Shown: piece after piece, positions 38,808 through 45,901 of the stretch
Layout: each line of letters starts with the position of its first letter
Numbering within the stretch: the first letter of the stretch is position 1
Assembly: GCA_964355925.1 (NCBI GenBank)
Contig: CAYHFN010000010.1
Location: 19,187-83,186 of the forward strand
Origin: an uncultured Chitinophagaceae bacterium
GTDB taxonomy: Bacteria > Bacteroidota > Ignavibacteria > UBA10030 > UBA8401
DNA: 64,000 nt
Direction of reading: 5' to 3'
The notes under the pieces: generated by a model
What the model saw: the letters and a program-made list of their open reading frames with translations, nothing else
Databases searched by the model: none
Told to the model about the DNA's origin: nothing
Made by a program: the position numbers and the translations under genes

Positions 38808-38843
38808 GAAGTGTCACTTCGTGAAGGCCTCACTTCGTGAGGC
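38808..38843. promoter_or_regulatory. GC-rich tandem/dyad repeat cluster upstream of the GH9 gene
   Basis: The sequence gaagtgtCACTTCGTGAaGGcctCACTTCGTGAGGc contains two direct copies of CACTTCGTGA(A)GG. The second copy forms a 7-bp stem, GCCTCAC-ttc-GTGAGGC. It lies 60-95 nt upstream of the GH9 ORF start and downstream of the PorV-like stop. Confidence 0.35.
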
Positions 38844-38911
38844 GCATCCTTTTCTACGAGATCGTAGATCAAAGCATTGTTTCATTAGAACTAACATTTT
38901 GCGTAACAGAG

Positions 38912-39943
38912 TTAGAAAATGATCCCAACGGAAAACTTTTGGGCATTATTGAGTCGTTGATAATCTTGATACGCATAATCAAATGTTAACTGCGTGTTTC
39001 CGATAAGAGCCTGTTGAATTCCAAATCCAAGAGTGAATCGTTCTTCGGCATTTTCCAAAAAGAGAGATTTATATCCGCCGCGTAAGAAGATATAATCGTT
39101 AAACACGTACTCTCCGCCAAGATCGATACTCTCATAATTGTCACTTGGATGTGATGCGTCCATTGCAACTACTAATCGATTTCCATCGATTGAAAAAACA
39201 TTGTACGCAATTCCTACTTTAAAATTCAATGGAAGGGTCCATTCATCCGTGCGGGCATCGGCAGGAATGTGAGCATTGTTACCGGTGGTAAAAATATCCG
39301 GATCATACAGAACGATGGTATTATTTCCCATCAACCGCATTTTCGATCCAAAATTTGAAATGGACATTCCAAGGGTGATCCCCTCAAACGGTGTTTGGTA
39401 TTTTACTCCCATATCAATAGCAATTGCTGAAGCACTCGTCTTCCAGATTTTTTGGTAGACGAATTTTGGATTGAATCCGATTGAGAATTTATCCGTCAGT
39501 TTTATTGCATACGTTATACCAACCGCTGCATCGCTCACACCAAACATTTCACCGGTTCCCTCAGGTTTATCCACTGTTGTTACACGCATTTCAGGAACGC
39601 TGGAGGATGTAAGATTCAAACCAACCACACCAATATCCCCAAGATTAATCGTTGCCCCGACATAATTGTATTTGATATCGGCGATCCACTGAGTATAGTC
39701 GAACACGATCCTGGTTCCGGTAAGATCGGCTATTCCTGCAGGATTCCAATACATTGCGCTTTGATCATTGGCAACAGCAACAAATGCTGTTCCCATTCCC
39801 AAAGCGCGAGCGCCTTGTGCAATGGAAAGAAAGGGAGCCGCAGTTGTTCCGCGCTTTGATACATTCGAAACAAACTTCTGCGCCGGCATCGTGGATGCAA
39901 TTAAGAACAACACGGTAATAATTTTTGTGATATTCGATTTCAT
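38912..39943 (-). CDS. PorV/PorQ-family outer-membrane beta-barrel protein (T9SS-associated family)
   Basis: 343-aa ORF with a signal peptide. The N-terminal block TTAAPFLSIAQGARALGMGTAFVAVANDQSAMYWNPAGIA matches the PorV-family pattern as I recall it (AVPFL.I..D.R..GMG......D.....WNPA). Alternating beta-strand hydrophobicity throughout, and a terminal aromatic residue (...FSVGIIF). Confidence 0.65.
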   Translation of the reverse strand: MKSNITKIITVLFLIASTMPAQKFVSNVSKRGTTAAPFLSIAQGARALGMGTAFVAVANDQSAMYWNPAGIADLTGTRIVFDYTQWIADIKYNYVGATINLGDIGVVGLNLTSSSVPEMRVTTVDKPEGTGEMFGVSDAAVGITYAIKLTDKFSIGFNPKFVYQKIWKTSASAIAIDMGVKYQTPFEGITLGMSISNFGSKMRLMGNNTIVLYDPDIFTTGNNAHIPADARTDEWTLPLNFKVGIAYNVFSIDGNRLVVAMDASHPSDNYESIDLGGEYVFNDYIFLRGGYKSLFLENAEERFTLGFGIQQALIGNTQLTFDYAYQDYQRLNNAQKFSVGIIF

Positions 39944-39961
39944 AATGACTATCGTTTAGAG

Positions 39962-42900
39962 TTATTTAATAAGTGCAAATTTTCCGATATGTGTTCCCAC
40001 ACCCGGTGCATCGACATGATAGATGTACAGACCATAAGCAACATCTGTTCCGTCTTCGGAGACAAGATTCCATGAAAGTGCACCATTAGCCGCACCCGAT
40101 TCTTTCTCCAACGTTTTCACCAATGCACCGGAAACTGTATAGATGCGAATGGTGCATTTCTGTGGAAGATTGATAAAATCAATTTTGCGGTCACCACGGC
40201 CGGTTGCATAGATCGTCTTTGGTTCCCACGATGCATATCCTACATACGGATTTGGAACAACGCTGATATTGCTTAATTGATTTTTTGCGATGCCAATATC
40301 CGTTCGCGAAGATTTTGTTCTAACAGAAAAATAATCACCGGTAAAGAATGGCTTCTTCGTTTTGAAAATATATTTATCCCCTGCCTGTGGAAACACCGGA
40401 TTACCAAAATAGAAATAGGCTATTTTCCATGGGATCCAAAGATCGACATTGTTGTTCGTGAATTCCAAAACTTTAATGAAATCTCCCGAGCTCAATTTGC
40501 TGTCACCATCATTGTCCTGAATGATAAATTTATTTCGATGCCCGAACGTTGTATTGGTGATCGTGAAGTTAACCGGTATCGGCGGGTACACAACCGGATC
40601 CAGATCTCCGTTCGACGTGTCAGCATTGGCGGCGAAATATTTTATTTCATAATCGCTGGGCCATAATTTGTTAATTGACGGAGCTGAACTGTCCGGTGTG
40701 ACCATAAAGAATATTGAAGGCTTTCCAACGGTCCAGCCCATTGTATCCAAAACGATCTTGGAATCATTCTTTATTGCAAGTGTCATTCCATCAAACGGAG
40801 AACTCGTTTTATCTCCCGAAACGTCGGCAATTTTTACGTCACGCAATACCGTATCAACGGTAGTTCCGATCGTTCGAATAACACTGACAGATTTTGTTCC
40901 ATAGGCTGGAAATTTTCCGCTGGAATCGAATTTGATTTTGTATTCTCTGCCGGTCGCGATAGAATTTGGATTAACAACTTGAATAGTCAATGAACCAGTA
41001 CCAATTCCCTCAGCCACCCGATTTAGACTTCCTTCGATTTGAGGAGGAACATATCCTGATGCCGCTGCATTCGGAATAACTACCGCACAATTGATATCGG
41101 TGAATTTCAATGTTCCGTTTACATCTTCAGTGATGATCTTTGGAGACTCTGTCGGCTGTAATCCTGTTTTGCCGTATTTTGGATCTCCTTGATCGTACGA
41201 AACTATTGCATAATAATATTTTACCCCATTCTTTACATCTTTATCGATGTAGGAATGCTGCAATCCCGTGTTATTACCGCGCCAAAAATGTGCGCCATTG
41301 ATTCCAACAGGATCAGGTCCTTGGATACTGTCAACGACATCATATTGCGCAATCGGTTTCCAATATTTTTTTGCCCCTTTTGAATCAGTGATCGTTTTCA
41401 CATCATTAAATTCTGCTTCTTGACTTCTCATTACCATGTATCCTTCAAAATCTTTTTTTCGTAGGAATCTATCATACGAATTCTCAGACCCATTATCCCA
41501 ATAAAGAAATACCTGTTTATCTCCGGCAACAGCAGTGAGGTGCGGAGTGAGCGGAGGAGCAGAAAAATTATAATAGGCATTATAGATCGCTTGAACTGTC
41601 GTTTTATTGAAAATAACCTGATCAAGATCTTGGCCCATAATCAACGCCATTGAAAATCGTTCACGTGCACCTTTGTTCAACGGAAACGGTCCTGAAGAGA
41701 ACACAATACTGATGTTCGAATTTGTGATCCCTGTATCAACAAATCCTCCGGTCATTTTTCTCCAGAGCACTTCATTGTTCTTCGGCCAAACACCATTCGG
41801 ACCTTTATCAGATAATGGTGTTAATGAAACAGCAGATAAACCAATTTGATCGGATTCATCTTTGTCGGTCTCATCAAAATTAGGTTCGCCATGAGTTGGA
41901 AGTGCATCACCTTCTCCGGCATCAGCTCCTTTGTACTGAGGATCGAACGGTCCAACACCATCTGCACCAAGATCATCATTCAGTGGTTCACCCGGATCCC
42001 ATTGATTGTTCTTATTGATATCTTCATATTTCACCCAATTTTTATTATTATCAATGCCATCATCGCGTTTTTCATCTATTAATCCGTCACCATCATCATC
42101 TATCCCATTTTGCGCATTCCCTGGACTTTCCAAATATGCGTAGGCATAGTATCCTGTTAACCATGTACCAAATTGCGGTTCACCTTTTCCAAGATGATCC
42201 CATGCATAACAGAGATCAAGAGCTGTGCTGTAACTTGCATCATCATTTCCACTGGCAGGTCCGCCGACACCAGGATCAGAGAAAAAGCCAAAACATGTAC
42301 TGTCATATTTTACATCAGACATGTTAACAATATCATAATGCCAGAAAACTACATCTTCGGCAAGCACATGCGACCATTGAAATCCGCGAACTTCAACACG
42401 CAGACCAAGACCGCCCCTATCTGAATCCGAAGCTATTGGATAATATTTATATGGAGGTCGTTTATATTTTCCATCTTTTGAATCATCCATAACAAAGAAT
42501 GTTTCGAAATCAGCATTATTCACTCCTCGTCCAAAATATCCATACCAATATCCGTTCCACTCCGGTGTTTTTCCAAGTGCAGCCGGCCAAACCGGCGGGA
42601 ACGACATTGAATCTCTGTTTACTGCAGGAGTCTTTGTTGGATTTTTTAAATTCATATATCCGGGAAGCGGTTCAAATCCCCAGATCAAACCGGTTACAGG
42701 GTCTTTCGGCATTTCTTCGCGATACGAAGTTTCCAGCGGATGAATGATCTGACTATTTCCCGGAGCTGTTACCCGTGCTGAAACAAGAACCGAAACACCG
42801 TCAAGATATTGATGTCCGGAACCTTTCGGCCATTCAAGCGATGGTGAGTATGGCCATTGCCCTACTTCTCCGTTGCTGAAATATAATGTGCGGACATTAT

Positions 42901-43051
42901 TTCCATCCATTGTTCCCTGCCGGCGAAATTGATATTCCCCTTTTGCATCATCGCGATAACCTTGAATTTGCGGACTCACTTGTGCGTGTAACATAACAAG
43001 TGAAAAACAAACCATTAGAGATAAAGAAAATTTTTTAAACGGAACCTTCAT
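39962..43051 (-). CDS. Large secreted protein of unknown function with an Asp-rich calcium-binding (thrombospondin type-3-like) repeat block and a divergent T9SS/FlgD-Ig-like C-terminal domain
   Basis: 1029-aa ORF with signal peptide MKVPFKKFSLSLMVCFSLVMLHAQ. Acidic block GIDDDGDGLIDEKRDDGIDNNKNW...NDDLGADGVGPFDP...DETDKDESDQIG. C-terminus VVPNPYVG...CTIRIYTVSGALVKTLEKE...LSWNLVSEDGTDVAYGLYIYHVDAPG...GKFALIK. No catalytic motif recognised. Confidence 0.6.
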   Translation of the reverse strand: MKVPFKKFSLSLMVCFSLVMLHAQVSPQIQGYRDDAKGEYQFRRQGTMDGNNVRTLYFSNGEVGQWPYSPSLEWPKGSGHQYLDGVSVLVSARVTAPGNSQIIHPLETSYREEMPKDPVTGLIWGFEPLPGYMNLKNPTKTPAVNRDSMSFPPVWPAALGKTPEWNGYWYGYFGRGVNNADFETFFVMDDSKDGKYKRPPYKYYPIASDSDRGGLGLRVEVRGFQWSHVLAEDVVFWHYDIVNMSDVKYDSTCFGFFSDPGVGGPASGNDDASYSTALDLCYAWDHLGKGEPQFGTWLTGYYAYAYLESPGNAQNGIDDDGDGLIDEKRDDGIDNNKNWVKYEDINKNNQWDPGEPLNDDLGADGVGPFDPQYKGADAGEGDALPTHGEPNFDETDKDESDQIGLSAVSLTPLSDKGPNGVWPKNNEVLWRKMTGGFVDTGITNSNISIVFSSGPFPLNKGARERFSMALIMGQDLDQVIFNKTTVQAIYNAYYNFSAPPLTPHLTAVAGDKQVFLYWDNGSENSYDRFLRKKDFEGYMVMRSQEAEFNDVKTITDSKGAKKYWKPIAQYDVVDSIQGPDPVGINGAHFWRGNNTGLQHSYIDKDVKNGVKYYYAIVSYDQGDPKYGKTGLQPTESPKIITEDVNGTLKFTDINCAVVIPNAAASGYVPPQIEGSLNRVAEGIGTGSLTIQVVNPNSIATGREYKIKFDSSGKFPAYGTKSVSVIRTIGTTVDTVLRDVKIADVSGDKTSSPFDGMTLAIKNDSKIVLDTMGWTVGKPSIFFMVTPDSSAPSINKLWPSDYEIKYFAANADTSNGDLDPVVYPPIPVNFTITNTTFGHRNKFIIQDNDGDSKLSSGDFIKVLEFTNNNVDLWIPWKIAYFYFGNPVFPQAGDKYIFKTKKPFFTGDYFSVRTKSSRTDIGIAKNQLSNISVVPNPYVGYASWEPKTIYATGRGDRKIDFINLPQKCTIRIYTVSGALVKTLEKESGAANGALSWNLVSEDGTDVAYGLYIYHVDAPGVGTHIGKFALIK

Positions 43052-43073
43052 TGTACACTCCTGAACTTATGAT

Positions 43074-45836
43074 CTAAAATCCTAGATTTACCCCAAAACG
43101 CACTTGGCGTGGGTTTGAAAAACTTCCCGGGTTATTTTGATATTCGGCGATGGTATTTACACCAACAATCTTCTGCGCATTTTGTGCGGTAGTCAGATCG
43201 ATGTTTGCTCTTCCGCTCCAAGCATCAACGTTGTTCTCATTTTTCGTATCAAGAACATTATAGATCAGCATGAAGACCGAAAGATTAACATCTCCAAATT
43301 GAAAATTCTTTTCTGCGCGCATATCAAGATTGCTTGTCGACGGTTTTAAAGCGCCATTCTCAAATCGTATCAGTGAGGCACGGGTATCTTCCGTATACGG
43401 GAAACCATTTCCGTATTGGAAAATAAGTCCGACGGTCCAATTTCCAATTTCACCGACCGTTAAGTTTAAATTAAACGTAGAACGCTGATCCCAGTTTAGC
43501 GGAACCAATTGTTTGTTTGTTTCTACCGGCGGATTACTTTGATTGTTATAAAAATTTGAAAGCGGATCAGATGCATCACCTTCGGCAATTTGATATGTGT
43601 AATCTCCGCGCAAGCTGAAATAATCTGCAAAACGTCGATCAAGCGAAATAATCAAACCGCGAATGCTTCCATAATCACGGTTGATGAATCGTCCATATTT
43701 AACACCTTGGGTTGTATTGATGATCTCCATTCCGAGAAGATTTCGGATATCACGGTAATAGATGGTAAAATCAACTCCGATATTTTCAAACAACGATTGC
43801 TGAAGTCCAAGTTCATATGTTGTTGTTCGCTGAGCCTCTAAATCCGGATTTCCCGTTCGTGCGGATAATGTTGCACCGCTTTGCACCAAATAATCTGAAT
43901 TACTGTAAAGATTTTCAAATGTTGGTATCTGGAAAAAATGCCCGTACGAAAAATGGATAATGCCTTGATCGGTGATCGGAAATGAAACTCCTAACCGCGG
44001 ACTGACTTGAATTTTGGCTGTTGCCGATTTTAATGGATATAACTTTCGGACTGAATCAGTTGTTGCTTCTTGCGGTGGCGTTGTAAGATCAACAAGATAT
44101 TTTGAATTCGGATCGAAATAATCTACGCGCAAACCGGCGTTGATGATCATGCTTCCATATTCCATTTTGTCTTGAACATATGCAGAAGCTTCACGCGGTC
44201 GTTTATCATACATTTGGTTTCCGGCAGATCCTAGTTGAGGATACCGTAATGTGGTCAGCGTAATTCCCGCACTGTCTATATCATAGGTGGTGATCCCCGT
44301 TCCATGATTAAATATTTGATGTATTCGTCCTTCTACACCAATTCCGATCTTATGTTCCTTTGAAATTTGCGAGGTTATAGACCATTGACCAATCACCGAT
44401 TGTGTATTTGATTCATATCTGCCGCTGTTCATACCGCCGCTGCGAAACGTATAATTGGTGATGGGACTTCCTTGCGATGGATTTACATAGCGCGGATCAT
44501 TTGGGTTTTCAAAAACATATCCTTTGCCGCGGAAATTATTGACGGAAAATTTTAATGTCTGGAATGTACTTTGCGACGGCACATGACTGATCTGAAATGA
44601 ATTGATCGTGTTGCGCGAATAATTACTCATAATTCCGTCCGGTGTTAACCGATAATTATGATCATAGCCCTTACTGAAATTATCCTCCCAAAAATAACCA
44701 TACGTGAACTTGAATTCAGAAAGTGAATACGTTAATTTTCCATTCAACGAATATTTTCGATATGGATTCATTGAAACAACGGCACCATCACCGGTTTTGA
44801 TCATTGTGTAAATATTTCCGGATTCATCGGATACTTCATTTTTGCCAAGTGGATCTCCATTTTCTTTTACTTGACCTCCAAAAATATCCCGTTTCGCAAT
44901 AATATTATCGCTGATATTGAATATCCGCTTACCAAATAAAAATCCTTGATCGTTGATATATCGTCCGGTAATAAAAAATGTTAAACGATCATCAATTCCG
45001 GTTGGCCCGCTTAAACTCGCTTGAAAATTTTTTGATCGTGAAATATCAAAGTTGTCAAGATTCAAATATGTATCTGTATGGTTCGTATAATGGTCTCCCC
45101 AATAGGAAGAGAACGAACCGGAATAGTTGCTGCTTCCGTCTTGTGTTACGATATTTACAATTCCGGACATTGCCTGCCCGTACTCTGCGTTGAACGTTCC
45201 ACTGATAACTTCCATCTCACGAATGGAAGAATTTTCAGGGGTAAAACCAGCGTTTCCGTTTGCAGGATTATTGATAGGCATACCATCAATTAAATATGCC
45301 ACTTCTCCGTTTCTACCGCCGCGAAAATGCCCACCAACAACACCAGCCTGTAAGTTGATGATTTGGTTGATATTTTCCACCGGCATTACTTTAATTTCAT
45401 CCGACGAAACCGTCACTGAAGACGATGTAAGATCTTTTTGAACAAGCGGACGCTGTGCCTGAATAACTACTTCTTGTCCGATCACTTCTGTTGGAGAAAG
45501 TTTTACATTAATTTCTGTTGTTAGATCTATCTTTACAATAATATTTTTAATTGTGGTGTTTTGATATCCCACGCTTCGTACAACTAACGAATACGTGCCG
45601 GGTGCGATATTCGCGATATAATAATCTCCCTGAAAATCAGAAGCCGCTCCCATTTTCGTCCCTTGGATCATAAGCGAAATGCCGATAAGAGGTTCACCTG
45701 TTTTTTCATCAGTAACTTTGCCCGAAATTTTTCCCGTTTGACCTGCGTTCATTGGCAGAACAAATACCAGCAACGCACCACAGATAATAATAATTTTTTT
45801 CAGGGATCGAGCATACAACAATAATGAATGGTTCAT
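43074..45836 (-). CDS. TonB-dependent outer-membrane receptor with N-terminal carboxypeptidase-regulatory-like domain (SusC-like architecture, no SusD partner)
   Basis: 920-aa ORF. CarboxypepD_reg-like block GKISGKVTDEKTGEPLIGISLMIQGT...GDYYIANIAPGTYSLVVRSVGY. Plug region VMPVENINQIINLQAGVV. Long beta-barrel ending ...QVRFGVNLGF. Confidence 0.85.
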   Translation of the reverse strand: MNHSLLLYARSLKKIIIICGALLVFVLPMNAGQTGKISGKVTDEKTGEPLIGISLMIQGTKMGAASDFQGDYYIANIAPGTYSLVVRSVGYQNTTIKNIIVKIDLTTEINVKLSPTEVIGQEVVIQAQRPLVQKDLTSSSVTVSSDEIKVMPVENINQIINLQAGVVGGHFRGGRNGEVAYLIDGMPINNPANGNAGFTPENSSIREMEVISGTFNAEYGQAMSGIVNIVTQDGSSNYSGSFSSYWGDHYTNHTDTYLNLDNFDISRSKNFQASLSGPTGIDDRLTFFITGRYINDQGFLFGKRIFNISDNIIAKRDIFGGQVKENGDPLGKNEVSDESGNIYTMIKTGDGAVVSMNPYRKYSLNGKLTYSLSEFKFTYGYFWEDNFSKGYDHNYRLTPDGIMSNYSRNTINSFQISHVPSQSTFQTLKFSVNNFRGKGYVFENPNDPRYVNPSQGSPITNYTFRSGGMNSGRYESNTQSVIGQWSITSQISKEHKIGIGVEGRIHQIFNHGTGITTYDIDSAGITLTTLRYPQLGSAGNQMYDKRPREASAYVQDKMEYGSMIINAGLRVDYFDPNSKYLVDLTTPPQEATTDSVRKLYPLKSATAKIQVSPRLGVSFPITDQGIIHFSYGHFFQIPTFENLYSNSDYLVQSGATLSARTGNPDLEAQRTTTYELGLQQSLFENIGVDFTIYYRDIRNLLGMEIINTTQGVKYGRFINRDYGSIRGLIISLDRRFADYFSLRGDYTYQIAEGDASDPLSNFYNNQSNPPVETNKQLVPLNWDQRSTFNLNLTVGEIGNWTVGLIFQYGNGFPYTEDTRASLIRFENGALKPSTSNLDMRAEKNFQFGDVNLSVFMLIYNVLDTKNENNVDAWSGRANIDLTTAQNAQKIVGVNTIAEYQNNPGSFSNPRQVRFGVNLGF

Positions 45837-45858
45837 ATGAATAAATTTTTTTATGATT

Positions 45859-45885
45859 AAACAACAAGGGGGCTTGTTAGCCCCC
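45859..45885 (-). terminator. Intrinsic terminator-like / attenuator hairpin between the 902-aa gene and the TonB receptor gene
   Basis: On the minus strand, GGGGGC-TAACAA-GCCCCC (45885-45868) is followed by TTGTTGTTTAATC. This GC stem is the only GC-rich element in a 65-nt AT-rich spacer. Confidence 0.45.
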
Positions 45886-45901
45886 CTGCAGTGATGAAAA
45901 A

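Noticed and set aside
38827-38843. GCCTCAC-ttc-GTGAGGC hairpin considered as the terminator of the PorV-like gene
   Set aside because: On the transcribed (minus) strand the stem is followed by CTTCACGAAG, not a U-tract. It is kept only as a possible regulatory or processing element.
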